A stretch of 63,695 nt of DNA, taken from contig JAUQVK010000013.1 of NCBI GenBank assembly GCA_039794845.1, positions 380 through 64,074 on the forward strand. Reading direction: 5' to 3'. Source of the DNA: Thermostichus sp. DRC_bins_24. GTDB taxonomy: Bacteria; Cyanobacteriota; Cyanobacteriia; Thermostichales; Thermostichaceae. Positions 39,948-51,784 of the stretch are shown one piece after another. The notes under the pieces were generated by a model that was not told the origin of the DNA, did not search any database, and saw only the letters and a list, made by a program, of their open reading frames with translations. The stretch's first letter is position 1. Every line of letters begins with the position of its first letter. The position numbers and the translations under genes were made by a program.

Positions 39948-41042
39948 ATGATCCAGAAGCAGGTGCTGGTTTTTGCCGAACAAGTTAATGGAGAACTGCA
40001 ACCGATTGCTCTAGAGTTGTTGGGGGCGGGGCGGCGGCTGGCGGATAAGTTGGGAGCCACCCTGAGTGCGCTGGTGTTGGGATCCGACGTTGCCCATTTG
40101 CCGCCCATCCTGATTGGCCACGGAGCGGATCGGGTGTTTGTGGCGGATCATCCGGAATTGGCCCAGTACCGCACCTTACCCTACCGCCGGGTGATTACCG
40201 ATTTAATTAAAAGTTGGCCGGAACCCCCCCACACCATTTTGTTGGGATCTACCACCACAGGTCGGGATTTGGCCCCCCGGTTGGCCGCCCATTTGGAAAC
40301 CGGCTTGACGGCGGATTGCACCGATTTGGATATTGGCCCCTTTGAATATTCCAACAGCAAGGATCCCAATAAGTCAGGGCTCTTCCCGGATTGCTTGTAC
40401 GCGATTCGGCCCAGCTTTGGAGAGTCTCTGAAAGCCCGCATTCTGGGCCCCTGGAAAAACCCACAAATGGCAACGGTGCGTCCGGGGGTGATGGTGCCTT
40501 TGCCTTGGGATGGCTGCCGACGGGGGGAAGTCATCTCCGTGCCCGTTCAGTTGGATCCGGGGGATTTGCGTTTGCAAATTGTGGAAACCGTGCGTAATCT
40601 TTCCCAAGCGGTTGATCTGACGCGGGCGGAGGTGATCGTTTCCGGGGGGTACGGGCTGGGATCCCCCGAGGGCTTTGAACTGATGCAACAGTTGGCCGCT
40701 TGTTTCCCCAATAGCGCCGTTGGTTCCTCCCGCAAAGCGGTGGATTTCGGTTGGATCCCTTACGCCCATCAGGTGGGTCAAACGGGCAAGACCGTCCGCC
40801 CGCAGATTTACATTGCCTGTGGCATTTCCGGGGCCATTCAACATCGGGTGGGCATGGACAAATCCCAAACGATCATTGCCATTAACAAGGACAGCTCCGC
40901 CCCCATCTTCAAATTTGCCCACTATGGCATTGTCGGGGATCTCTACCAGGTGGTGCCAGAGATGATCCGGCAGCTGCGGCAGACCGAAGTTCAATCGCCC
41001 CAGAGCGCGAGTGAACGGATCCCGGTTTTGCAGGGCAGGTGA
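39948..41042 (+). CDS. fixB: Electron transfer flavoprotein alpha subunit (FixB/EtfA)
   Basis: GRDLAPR, GLTADCT, QVGQTGKTVRP, GISGAIQH. Confidence 0.92.
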   Translation: MIQKQVLVFAEQVNGELQPIALELLGAGRRLADKLGATLSALVLGSDVAHLPPILIGHGADRVFVADHPELAQYRTLPYRRVITDLIKSWPEPPHTILLGSTTTGRDLAPRLAAHLETGLTADCTDLDIGPFEYSNSKDPNKSGLFPDCLYAIRPSFGESLKARILGPWKNPQMATVRPGVMVPLPWDGCRRGEVISVPVQLDPGDLRLQIVETVRNLSQAVDLTRAEVIVSGGYGLGSPEGFELMQQLAACFPNSAVGSSRKAVDFGWIPYAHQVGQTGKTVRPQIYIACGISGAIQHRVGMDKSQTIIAINKDSSAPIFKFAHYGIVGDLYQVVPEMIRQLRQTEVQSPQSASERIPVLQGR

Positions 41043-41089
41043 GCCTACTTCGGTTTACCACCCTTCTGCGAAGGTAGAGTCATTGCCAT

Positions 41090-41260
41090 TACGGCCCTTA
41101 GGCGGGTCTTCCAGGACAGGGCTTGTGCTTCCTGCTCCCGCGGGGCCCGGAGGGCTAGCCCTCCAGAGGTTAGAACTCAACTTCCACAGTTGTTACACAT
41201 GACTCGCGGTGCCCTATGGTGGGCGAACGCGCCAGCGTGCCCTAGGCGTAAAGGGCTGTA
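41090..41260 (+). mobile_element. MITE family A, full copy
   Basis: TA-CGGCCCTT...AAGGGCTG-TA ends. Confidence 0.8.
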
Positions 41261-41273
41261 AGGCTGAAACAGC

Positions 41274-41372
41274 TCCCTCACCCCCTTCGTGCAGCGTGGC
41301 ACCGGCCGTAGCCCCTCTCCCGCTCTGGGAGAGGGGAGTCAGAAAGGATATCGTTCTTGTGTGGAGTGACTA
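41274..41372 (+). repeat. Dispersed repeat family B
   Basis: CCCCTCTCCCGCTCTGGGAGAGGGG hairpin core shared with 31346 and 53573. Confidence 0.7.
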
Positions 41373-41457
41373 TACCGGCAGCCAAACTACGGGAGCTGAG
41401 GTTGCATCCGGATGCCTTGGGCTGAAGAGGGATCCCCTCACCCAAGCAAAAAAATCT

Positions 41458-41473
41458 ATCAAATTATCTTGAA
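41458..41473. promoter_or_regulatory. Putative ArsR-type operator
   Basis: ATCAA-ATTATC-TTGAA, close to ATCAA-N6-TTGAT, about 110 bp upstream of gapdh-arsJ. Confidence 0.5.
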
Positions 41474-41581
41474 ATGATTAGACTGTTCTGGTAACCTCAG
41501 GTCGGTTATCTGTGATGGCAACAGAATCCTCAGGATCCTGCCGCCGGTGGCAGGCCTTCGGCGTATGTGGGGACGAAGCAA

Positions 41582-42598
41582 ATGGCGGTACGAGTTGGGA
41601 TCAACGGCTTTGGCCGGATTGGGCGCTTGGTATTGCGGGCTGCTTGGGGTTGCCCAGAGCTGGAGTTTGTCCACATCAACGAAATCAAGGGGGGAGCGGC
41701 GACGGCAGCCCATCTGCTCAAGTTCGACTCCGTGCAAGGCCGCTGGGATATTGACCTAGAGGGATCCGGAGAGGGGCTGCGCATTCAAGACAAAACCCTC
41801 TCTTTTAGCGAATACAAGTCCCCTGGTGAGGTGCCCTGGGCAGATCTGGGGGTGGATCTGGTGCTGGAAAGCTCCGGCAAGTTCGTCAAGTCAGCAGAGT
41901 TGGATCCCTATTTCAAAGCAGGGGTGCGCAAGGTGATCGTGGCTGCCCCGGTCAAGGATGACAATGCCCTCAACATCGTCATGGGGGTGAATGATCATCT
42001 TTACGACCCGGCCCAGCATCATTTGCTCACGGCGGCTTCTTGTACCACCAACTGTCTGGCCCCTTTGGTAAAGGTGATTCACGAAGGCATTGGCATCGTC
42101 CATGGGGTGATCACCACCGTCCATGATGTCACCAATACCCAAACCATGGTGGATGCCCCCCACAAGGATCTGCGGCGTGCCCGCTCGGCTTTACTGTCTT
42201 TGGTTCCCACCACGACTGGATCCGCGACAGCGATTGGTCTGATTTACCCAGAATTAAATGGCAAATTAAATGGCCTAGCCGTTCGAGTTCCCCTCTTGAA
42301 TGCCTCATTAACCGATGCCGTGTTTGAGGTGAAGCGGCCCACCACCGTAGAAGAGGTGAATCAACTGCTGAAAACCTCGGCAGAAGGAGAACTCGAAGGG
42401 ATCCTCGGCTACGAAGAACTGCCCCTGGTCTCGGTGGATTTCAAAGGGGATCCCCGCTCTAGCATTGTGGATGGCCCCTCAACCTTGGTGGTGGATGGCA
42501 CCCAGGTGAAAATCCTGGCTTGGTACGACAATGAATGGGGCTATGCCAATCGCATGGCGGAACTGGCCCGCAAAGTGGCCCTGAGTTTGGAGGCCTAG
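41582..42598 (+). CDS. ArsJ-associated glyceraldehyde-3-phosphate dehydrogenase
   Basis: [38 protein letters not shown]; linked to arsJ. Confidence 0.92.
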   Translation: MAVRVGINGFGRIGRLVLRAAWGCPELEFVHINEIKGGAATAAHLLKFDSVQGRWDIDLEGSGEGLRIQDKTLSFSEYKSPGEVPWADLGVDLVLESSGKFVKSAELDPYFKAGVRKVIVAAPVKDDNALNIVMGVNDHLYDPAQHHLLTAASCTTNCLAPLVKVIHEGIGIVHGVITTVHDVTNTQTMVDAPHKDLRRARSALLSLVPTTTGSATAIGLIYPELNGKLNGLAVRVPLLNASLTDAVFEVKRPTTVEEVNQLLKTSAEGELEGILGYEELPLVSVDFKGDPRSSIVDGPSTLVVDGTQVKILAWYDNEWGYANRMAELARKVALSLEA

Positions 42599-42601
42599 GG
42601 T

Positions 42602-42865
42602 ATGCTGACCGACTACGTTCATGCTGCTATGCAGCGGGCAACTTACAAAATCTTCCAGGAAGATGGTTCCTATTTTGGGGAAATTCCAGGACTACAAGGG
42701 GTTTATGCCAATGAACCGACCCTAGAAGCTTGTCGAGATGAGTTGCAGTCCGTGCTAGAAGATTGGATCCTGTTCAGCCTCAGCCATCATCTCCCTATTC
42801 CTGTATTGGAGGGTATCGATCTCAACCTTGATCTGACTCCTGTCTATACGGAAGATGTGGCTTAG
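42602..42865 (+). CDS. hicB: HicB-like antitoxin (short)
   Basis: YFGEIPGLQGVYANEPTLEACRDELQSVLEDWI. Confidence 0.85.
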   Translation: MLTDYVHAAMQRATYKIFQEDGSYFGEIPGLQGVYANEPTLEACRDELQSVLEDWILFSLSHHLPIPVLEGIDLNLDLTPVYTEDVA

Positions 42866-43083
42866 TGCCCAGTTTTGGTCCTATCAAGCGCTCGGAACTG
42901 ATTCGGTATCTGAAGTCACTTGGTTTTGAGGGGCCTTTCCCGGGAAGTAAGCATCAGTTTATGAAAAAGGATGATATTCGGCTGACCCTGCCTAACCCCC
43001 ACAAAAAAGACATTGGTCGAGAACTGTTATCGGAGTTGCTAAAGCAAGCTCAAATCGAGAGATCTGATTGGGAAGAACTTTGA
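42865..43083 (+). CDS. hicA: HicA-family mRNA interferase toxin
   Basis: ELIRYLKSLGFEG...GSKHQFM...LPNPHKKDIG...LLKQA; TAGTG overlap with hicB. Confidence 0.87.
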   Translation: MPSFGPIKRSELIRYLKSLGFEGPFPGSKHQFMKKDDIRLTLPNPHKKDIGRELLSELLKQAQIERSDWEEL

Positions 43084-43102
43084 AACCCCTGGAGAACCCA
43101 CC

Positions 43103-44389
43103 ATGACCACAGCGTCTACGGCCCGGCAAGCCCCCCTCCGCAACTATGCCCTGATCACCGCCGCCTACTGGGGATTTACCATCACCGATGGGGCGATCCG
43201 CATGTTGGTGTTGCTGCACTTTCACAAGCTGGGGTTTACCCCGATTCAAATTGCCACCCTGTTTCTTTTCTACGAGATCTTTGGGGTTGTCACCAACTTT
43301 TTGGGAGGCTGGATCGGATCCCTGTTTGGCCTGCGGTTGACCCTTTACGGCGGGATTGCCCTGCAAATCTTTGGGTTGATCCTGCTGGGGGTGTTGAACA
43401 TGCAGTGGCCGATTTGGGGCCAGGTCACCTATGTGATGGTGGCCCAAGCGCTTGCCGGGATTGCCAAAGATTTGACCAAAATGAGTTCCAAAAGTGCCAT
43501 CCGTTTGGTGGTGCCCAAAGAAGCCGAATCTCGGCTCTTTCGTTGGGTGGCCATGTTGACGGGATCCAAAAATGCCCTGAAGGGGGTAGGGTTCTTCGTC
43601 GGGGCGGCCTTGTTGCAGGGGTTTGGCGAACTGTATGGGGAAATTATGGGGTTTCGCCTCGCCAACTTTGTCCAGGCAGGAGCTTTGGCTTTGATCTTCT
43701 GTTCTGGGGTTTTGCTGCCTGCAGATATGGGCAAAATTAAGGCCAAGATCCCCTTCAAACAACTGTTTTCCAAGAGCAAAGAAATCAACATTCTCTCGGC
43801 GGCCCGCTTTTTCCTGTTCGGATCCCGGGATGTCTGGTTTGTGGTGGCCCTGCCCGTGTTTCTCTACGACAGCCTCGGTTGGACCTTCATGCAGGTGGGC
43901 ACCTACATGGCGACCTGGGTGATCGGGTATGGCATTGTGCAATTTTTGGCCCCACAACTGTTGGGTAGCAATCGCCCCGGACGAGCCCCCAAAGCCCGTA
44001 CCATCCAAATTTGGACCTTTGTGCTGACGCTGGTACCGGCGGTGATCGCCACGGCGTTTATGGCCGGTCTGGCTCCAGAACTGGTGATTACCGGCGGTTT
44101 GATCCTATTCGGGATCGTCTTTGCCTTTAACTCGGCCGTTCACTCCTACCTGGTGCTGGCCTACACCGAAGATGACGACGTGGCCTTGAATGTGGGTTTC
44201 TACTACATGGCCAATTCCGGTGGACGGCTCTTGGGTACCGTCACTTCCGGGTTGATCTTTCAGTTCTATGGCTTGCAGGGCTGCCTTTGGTTTTCCACCC
44301 TTTTGATCTTGGCGGCAGGGATCTTCTCCCTGAAATTGCCGGATCCGACCAAAGGGCCGGTGGAGTGGGTGGTCAAGCCGGGAGACTGA
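43103..44389 (+). CDS. arsJ: Organoarsenical efflux MFS transporter ArsJ
   Basis: YWGFTITDGAIRMLVLLHF, KDLTKMSSKSA, LTGSKNALKG, NVGFYYMAN. Confidence 0.92.
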   Translation: MTTASTARQAPLRNYALITAAYWGFTITDGAIRMLVLLHFHKLGFTPIQIATLFLFYEIFGVVTNFLGGWIGSLFGLRLTLYGGIALQIFGLILLGVLNMQWPIWGQVTYVMVAQALAGIAKDLTKMSSKSAIRLVVPKEAESRLFRWVAMLTGSKNALKGVGFFVGAALLQGFGELYGEIMGFRLANFVQAGALALIFCSGVLLPADMGKIKAKIPFKQLFSKSKEINILSAARFFLFGSRDVWFVVALPVFLYDSLGWTFMQVGTYMATWVIGYGIVQFLAPQLLGSNRPGRAPKARTIQIWTFVLTLVPAVIATAFMAGLAPELVITGGLILFGIVFAFNSAVHSYLVLAYTEDDDVALNVGFYYMANSGGRLLGTVTSGLIFQFYGLQGCLWFSTLLILAAGIFSLKLPDPTKGPVEWVVKPGD

Positions 44390-44426
44390 GAAGACAACTG
44401 ATGAGACAACTCAGGTGAGATAGTAG

Positions 44427-46085
<1,659 letters not shown>

Positions 46086-46087
46086 AC

Positions 46088-46999
46088 TCACCGTTTGCCA
46101 TCGGGATAAAGGCGGTTGATCCCCTTACGGGCGGCAGCATGGGCGTCGAGGGTCGCATCCATTTTCAGGATCTTGCGGTAAACCTGCTCGGCACGGGCCA
46201 CTTCCCCTTCTTGTTCCAGCTTCTCCCCCAGCTTGAGCAAGTTTTGTACCGACAGATCCGCCATCGGATCCTGAATCTGCCGCAGCTCCTCCAGGCGCTC
46301 CTGCACCATCGGTCGCAGTAGCAAAGATTGATCCCGATCCAACACCTCGCGGTAATAGCGTTGCGCCTCTTTGAAGTTGTGTTGTTCATCGTAAGCTTCC
46401 GCCAGTTGCAGGGCCAGCTCGGCGGTGGGCTCGTCTTTGAATTGCCGATGCAGTTGGTTGAGGCGCCGGGCAAAAGGGGATCCCTGCTGCGGGTTTTTTA
46501 GATCCGGGGCATGTTGAACCGGTAAATAGGCTGATTCCTCGCTGGATTTCTCGGGAGAGGGGGCAGGTTCGGTTTTTTGAGGTCGAACTGGGGTTTGTCG
46601 GCTAATGCTTTTCGGGTCGATGGGGGTGGGTTTGTACACCCAAATGGGCTGATCCGAGGGCGTCGGCGGGGGAGTAGGACGAGGAATGGGCTGCGGCAAC
46701 GGGATGGTTTTGCGATCCGGCGGCTCAGCGGGCAGTTGCTGCAGTTGCTCAAGGGTGCTGGGCGGTTTGGGGGCTTGGAACTGAATCTCTTTGCGCTCCT
46801 GGGATAGCTCTCGATACAAAGCAGCCAGCTGGGCATACCCGGCTTCCTCATAAGCTGTAGCCAACCAACGGGCATTTTCAGGGGTAGGATCCCCGCGGTA
46901 GGCACGCCGAAGCAACTGTAGGGCAGTGCCATAATTGCGCTCTCGGATGGCTGCCTGCCCTAAGCTGGCTGAGCTGGCCCCGGTCGTATCGCTAGCCAT
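46088..46999 (-). CDS. TPR-containing protein with Pro-rich linker
   Basis: Helical repeats (LAEAYDEQHNFKEAQRYY; LEQEGEVARAEQVY). Confidence 0.7.
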   Translation of the reverse strand: MASDTTGASSASLGQAAIRERNYGTALQLLRRAYRGDPTPENARWLATAYEEAGYAQLAALYRELSQERKEIQFQAPKPPSTLEQLQQLPAEPPDRKTIPLPQPIPRPTPPPTPSDQPIWVYKPTPIDPKSISRQTPVRPQKTEPAPSPEKSSEESAYLPVQHAPDLKNPQQGSPFARRLNQLHRQFKDEPTAELALQLAEAYDEQHNFKEAQRYYREVLDRDQSLLLRPMVQERLEELRQIQDPMADLSVQNLLKLGEKLEQEGEVARAEQVYRKILKMDATLDAHAAARKGINRLYPDGKR

Positions 47000-47219
47000 G
47001 TTTTTCCGTTATGCCTTCTGTGCGCTGATGATAAACCAGTTCTTCCCAAGCAACCACTCGCAGCATCATTTGCAACCAGATCCCTCAGCGATAGCATAAC
47101 CTCGGTACCCCAAACTTTGGGGACTTGGACTCATACCCCTCATTTGGGTCTGGTTGCAGGCTTTACTTTCAGGTTAGGTTGGAGTCAAGCTTTCAGTATC
47201 AGCCGGTTCCACAGCAAAC

Positions 47220-47810
47220 ATGATTCAACCTTTTCGAGATCGGCATCCCATGGGCAGTTTGCTCACCGATCTGGTGCGTGTGGAAGAGGGGATCTACATT
47301 GTCAAAGCGCAGGTGATGGTCAACAACACGGTTTTGGGCAGTGGCCTCGCCGGATCCAATACCGTAGAGGAAGCGGAAGATGCTGCCGTAAAGCGTGCTT
47401 TGAACCATGCGGGCTTTGGTCGCCCCACAACTCCCTTAAGCCTAGGGATGGATGCTGTCACCAAAACGTCTTACTTGCCCCCGACGGACTTTGCCAACGG
47501 ACACACCCCTTCTTCCGCCTCTCCTGTGCCTGCAGAGCCCGAGCCGATTGCCCCTCTGATGAAACAGGCTCCTCCAAGGTCGCCCAGCCCGATTGAACCT
47601 GCGGCGGATATGGATGATTTGTCGGACATCATTGCCCAAACGGATGTAGAACTCCAACGCATCGGTTGGAGCAGCAAGGAAGGACGGGAGTTTTTGGAAA
47701 ATCGCTTTCACAAAAAATCGCGTCATCAATTGAGCGATGCTGAGCTGCGGGAGTTTCTCCGTTACTTAAAGCAACAACCATCCCGCCTCAGCAGTGAAAC
47801 CAGTTTTTGA
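47220..47810 (+). CDS. Conserved cyanobacterial hypothetical protein
   Basis: GSLLTDLV...TVEEAEDAA, a Pro-rich linker, then IAQTDVELQRIGWS...LSDAELREFL. Confidence 0.75.
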   Translation: MIQPFRDRHPMGSLLTDLVRVEEGIYIVKAQVMVNNTVLGSGLAGSNTVEEAEDAAVKRALNHAGFGRPTTPLSLGMDAVTKTSYLPPTDFANGHTPSSASPVPAEPEPIAPLMKQAPPRSPSPIEPAADMDDLSDIIAQTDVELQRIGWSSKEGREFLENRFHKKSRHQLSDAELREFLRYLKQQPSRLSSETSF

Positions 47811-47930
47811 GTCAGGGATCCCTTCGCCCGCATTAAAGCCCATATTCAAAAAGCCGGATCCCCAAACAGAGGAGCCGACCTTTGTAAAGATTCTGTCGGC
47901 AACTGGGATTTCAATGTTAGATGAGGGCGG

Positions 47931-48824
47931 TTAGGGTGAGCCCACGATCACCGTCGTATCTTCCATGGTTCTCACCACGGTTTCTCCCCCTTCCGAGAGC
48001 ACTACCCGCCGCTCCTGAGCGGAGACACCAGCCACATTGGCTGTCTGATAATTCTGTCCAGCCTGCACCACTGAGGGCACGGTACCCGGGCCGGAGACGA
48101 GGGCAAAGGATTCTCCCCCGATTTGCACAATCCCAGAAACCTGCACACTGCGAGCAAAGGCAGCCGGGTCAGGCGTTGGGGTCGGAATTGGGGTGGCAAC
48201 TGCCACCGGTGCATCACCACCATTGCCACCATCCACAGGAGGAGGCAGAACTGGAGGGGGGGGCAAGGGGGGCAGAGCAATTTCAGGCTCGGGAGTACGA
48301 ATGTTTTGGGGCACAAAGGGATCCACGCGACCGGCGCCGCTCAAGGCCCGCTGGGTTTCTTGCTCCCGATCCACGGGAGGGATCAGGCTGGAGGCGGCTT
48401 GGGTGGTTTGCAAAAGGGAGGGCACGGGTGGGGGTGCGGGTTGATCGGGGGCAGTCTGTCCAAAGCCAGCCGGCAAGTTCACTGACTGTTGCTGGGCCAG
48501 CGCTTGCATTTGACTGGCTCCACGGGCCAATGTGGCGCTCATGTCCTGTTCCCAGGTGCCCGCAGCGCTGAGTCGCATGATCACCGGGCTGGCCCCGCCG
48601 CGAGACTCCACCCAAATTTCCACCTCTCGTTCGCTCAATCGACGGGAGCCGATCACCCGGGATCCCTGAGGCAACAGGGGCTGAATCGCCAGTTCGGCTT
48701 CGGGAACCGCCCGCTCATTCGCCAAGGCCAGCGGCAAACAGGGGGCCAAAAACAAAATGCCACCTGCCGACAGCAAACCGACAACAAGATAAGACAGTTG
48801 GCGGACGGGAAAGGGTTTTAGCAT
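47931..48824 (-). CDS. Exported Pro-rich protein, possibly pilus/T2SS accessory (PilP-like)
   Basis: Signal peptide, GRVDPF motif and a C-terminal beta domain (VSGIVQIGGESFALV). Confidence 0.55.
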   Translation of the reverse strand: MLKPFPVRQLSYLVVGLLSAGGILFLAPCLPLALANERAVPEAELAIQPLLPQGSRVIGSRRLSEREVEIWVESRGGASPVIMRLSAAGTWEQDMSATLARGASQMQALAQQQSVNLPAGFGQTAPDQPAPPPVPSLLQTTQAASSLIPPVDREQETQRALSGAGRVDPFVPQNIRTPEPEIALPPLPPPPVLPPPVDGGNGGDAPVAVATPIPTPTPDPAAFARSVQVSGIVQIGGESFALVSGPGTVPSVVQAGQNYQTANVAGVSAQERRVVLSEGGETVVRTMEDTTVIVGSP

Positions 48825-49059
48825 AAAGACCACCGGGAAAGAGCCTCGCGCCTTGTGCCCTTAGCCTTGGGCACCTTACTCTACTTAAAATACCCAAAAT
48901 CCCTCTGACGGGGCTAAGCTGGGCTGCTTTTTCAGCACCCATTGGCCTAGGGTTTTGACAGGGTAAGGACTGGCTGGCTTCGGGGTGGATAAAGTACCTC
49001 TCTTGAGGGGAGCGCTCTCCCTCTGCCATACTGAGAAAGTGTAAATATTTGTTAACACC

Positions 49060-49767
49060 ATGACTGCGCCCACTCTGGATCCCGTTAACCCTGACCGCCT
49101 GCAGGAAATCGCCCAACAGTTGCAAAGCCAGCGGCCTGCGGATCGGATGGTGGCTCTAGCCCATCTGCGGCATGTGCCTGATGAAGATGCCGTCCCTTTG
49201 ATTTTGCAGGTGGTGGATGACGAGAATCTGCAGGTGCGCTCCTTTGCCGTATTTGCCCTCGGGGTTAAGCAAACCGAAGCCTCCTTGCCCAAGTTGTTGG
49301 AAATTCTCACCCAAGACCCGGACTACGGCATTCGGGCCGATGCGGCGGGTGCCCTGGGCTATTTGGAGGATCCCCGCGCCTTTGAGGCTTTGGTGCGCGC
49401 CTTTTATGAAGATGTGGAATGGCTGGTGCGCTTTAGTGCGGCAGTGGCTCTGGGCAACCTAAAGGATCCGCGTGCTTATGAGGTGTTGCTGCGCGCCCTG
49501 GATGCCCCCGAGGTGTTGCTGCAGCAGGCGGCCATTGCAGCTTTGGGGGAAGTGGGGGACTTGCGGGCTCTGGATCGCATTTTGGCGTTTGCTCAATCGG
49601 AAGACTGGCTGGTACGGCAGCGTTTGGCCCAAGCCCTGGGCAATTTACCCGCTCCCAAAAGCGTTGCTGCACTCAATTACCTCTCTAGGGATCCACACGA
49701 TAGCGTCGCTGCCGCCGCCTTGGATTCCTTACGGCGTTTGCAACAGAAGGGCTTCACAGAAGCCTAA
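49060..49767 (+). CDS. HEAT-repeat (phycobilin lyase-like, NblB-type) protein
   Basis: VRSFAVFALG, IRADAAGALG, VRFSAAVALG, VRQRLAQALG. Confidence 0.85.
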   Translation: MTAPTLDPVNPDRLQEIAQQLQSQRPADRMVALAHLRHVPDEDAVPLILQVVDDENLQVRSFAVFALGVKQTEASLPKLLEILTQDPDYGIRADAAGALGYLEDPRAFEALVRAFYEDVEWLVRFSAAVALGNLKDPRAYEVLLRALDAPEVLLQQAAIAALGEVGDLRALDRILAFAQSEDWLVRQRLAQALGNLPAPKSVAALNYLSRDPHDSVAAAALDSLRRLQQKGFTEA

Positions 49768-49901
49768 GGATCCACTCTCCAAAAAGGGAGGGATCCCGGT
49801 TGCTTTCGATCTCCTTTTAGGCAAAGCTGCGCGTTTTAGGCAAAGCTGCGCGGGCTGAGATCCTATACTGGAGACATAGAAGCCGCCCGTAGTATGGACA
49901 G

Positions 49902-50615
49902 GTGCTGATGGTAACACTGCCTGGATTGATGCTGCCCCTGATCCCATTGGAGATTTTGCTCTCCACCAAGGGGCTGATGTTTCTGTTGCTGTCGGCCTAT
50001 GGTGGGGCGATGTGGACCTTTTTGAGTGGTGCCCCCCGTGTCCATACGATCATCGTGCCGGACTTAGAACAGGCAAGGGGCTTTTACGAGAAGGTATTGA
50101 AACTGCCGGAGGCAGAATTGCCCTTGCAGTACTATTACGGTTATGAACAAAGCATGGTCAGCTCCAGTCTGGGATCCATTTATTTTCCAGGAGACATTGG
50201 CCTTAGCCCCCGTTTCGATGCCCAGGCCCGCCCGACCACCGCACCGCCGCAGGTGGATACCCCTGGCCTTTGGTATCAGCTCTCCGATAACGTGCAACTG
50301 CATGTGATCCCAGGGGCCACTGAACCTTACACCCCTACTCCTGCCGGCACAGCCACCGCCTATGGGGCTGGTGCTTACGGCAGCAGCTCCTACGGAGCAC
50401 CCTACTCGTCTCCTTACGGAGCTTCAGGAGCGGCAGGCCGTAGTGGGGGAGTTCGCTATCGCCACACCAGCCATGAGCGGGAATCTCTGAAGGCCCTCTT
50501 AAGGCGGATTAACAAACAAGGGATCCGCAACAGCGTTCGCTCTGAGAAGCCGTTTGTCTTTTGGGTGCGGGATGAACAGGGGCAGATTATCGAGTTTGCC
50601 GAAATGAAAGGCTGA
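49902..50615 (+). CDS. Glyoxalase/VOC-like membrane-anchored protein
   Basis: VHTIIVPDLEQARGFYEKVL, GLWYQL, QLHVIPG, VRDEQGQIIEF. Confidence 0.7.
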   Translation: MLMVTLPGLMLPLIPLEILLSTKGLMFLLLSAYGGAMWTFLSGAPRVHTIIVPDLEQARGFYEKVLKLPEAELPLQYYYGYEQSMVSSSLGSIYFPGDIGLSPRFDAQARPTTAPPQVDTPGLWYQLSDNVQLHVIPGATEPYTPTPAGTATAYGAGAYGSSSYGAPYSSPYGASGAAGRSGGVRYRHTSHERESLKALLRRINKQGIRNSVRSEKPFVFWVRDEQGQIIEFAEMKG

Positions 50616-50687
50616 GGGGCCAGTTGGATCCTCTAGGATCAAAGGCAGTACAACTGGAACGCTCACTTGGCTTTGGGGTGCTGTTTT

Positions 50688-51146
50688 ATGAAACGGATGC
50701 TGGTACTGCTGTTGGGTTTGCTGCTGTTGTGGACATGGGGCAGCAATCCTGTCATGGCCTTTTCGCGGGCAAAGGATAATCCCGTTGTGAACGTGCAATC
50801 AAGCGATTTCATCACCACCGAGTCGGGATTGCAATACTACGACATCGCCCGTGGCAGTGGGCCTTCACCTGAGCCAGGACAAACCGTGGTGGTGAACTAT
50901 GTGGGCAAGCTAGAGGATGGCACGGTATTCGATAGCTCCTACCAACGCAATCAACCTTTTATCTTTACCTACGGGGTAGGTCAGGTCATCCCCGGTTGGG
51001 AGGAGGGTCTGGCCACCATGCAGGTGGGGGGCAAGCGGCAGTTGCGCATTCCCCCGGAGTTGGCCTATGGCAGCCGTGGGGCCGGTGGGGTCATTCCCCC
51101 CAATGCCACCCTCGATTTTGAAGTAGAACTGCTGGGTATTCAATAG
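50688..51146 (+). CDS. FKBP-type peptidyl-prolyl isomerase
   Basis: [36 protein letters not shown]. Confidence 0.95.
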   Translation: MKRMLVLLLGLLLLWTWGSNPVMAFSRAKDNPVVNVQSSDFITTESGLQYYDIARGSGPSPEPGQTVVVNYVGKLEDGTVFDSSYQRNQPFIFTYGVGQVIPGWEEGLATMQVGGKRQLRIPPELAYGSRGAGGVIPPNATLDFEVELLGIQ

Positions 51147-51153
51147 GGGGCCT

Positions 51154-51753
51154 GTGCAGGGATCCCTTTCTACACCTTCTACACCGGTGCCGCCTGAACA
51201 TGGCTTAGAGAAAGCCCGGCTGCGGCAACATTTTCGTCAGGTGCGGCAGGGACTGGATGGGGCCGCTCTTAGCCAGACAATCTCAGCTCACTTGGCCCAT
51301 CACCCGCGCCTTCTAGAAGCCGAAACAATCCTGGCTTACGTGGCCTTTGGCTCGGAGGTGGATCTGGGATCCCTGTTTGCGGCTTTACCTGAGAAGCGCT
51401 GGGGGATCCCTCGCTGCCTGCCCCAGCAGCAGATGCAGTGGCACCGTTACCACCCGGCTGAGCTGGTTCCCAATCGTCGGGGGTTGCTGGAGCCTTTGGC
51501 CAGTAGTGAAGTCATTGATCCCGATGCTGCGGATCTAATTCTCGTGCCTGCCCTAGCCTGTGACCTGTGGGGAGGGCGTTTGGGCTATGGCGGCGGCTAC
51601 TACGACCGTTTTTTCCAGAATCGCTCGACTCCAAGGTGGGGCATCATCCCGCAAGCCTGCCTGCTGGAGGAGCCTCTACCCCAGGATCCCTGGGATCAAC
51701 GCCTGGACGGGATCCAAACCGAGAAGGGGTTTTACAGGACGGGGATCCCCTAG
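51154..51753 (+). CDS. 5-formyltetrahydrofolate cyclo-ligase
   Basis: LVPALACD..GGRLGYGGGYYDR, DPWD. Confidence 0.92.
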   Translation: MQGSLSTPSTPVPPEHGLEKARLRQHFRQVRQGLDGAALSQTISAHLAHHPRLLEAETILAYVAFGSEVDLGSLFAALPEKRWGIPRCLPQQQMQWHRYHPAELVPNRRGLLEPLASSEVIDPDAADLILVPALACDLWGGRLGYGGGYYDRFFQNRSTPRWGIIPQACLLEEPLPQDPWDQRLDGIQTEKGFYRTGIP

Positions 51754-51784
51754 ACTAGGGAGGGTGGGCATTTAAGGAAAAACG

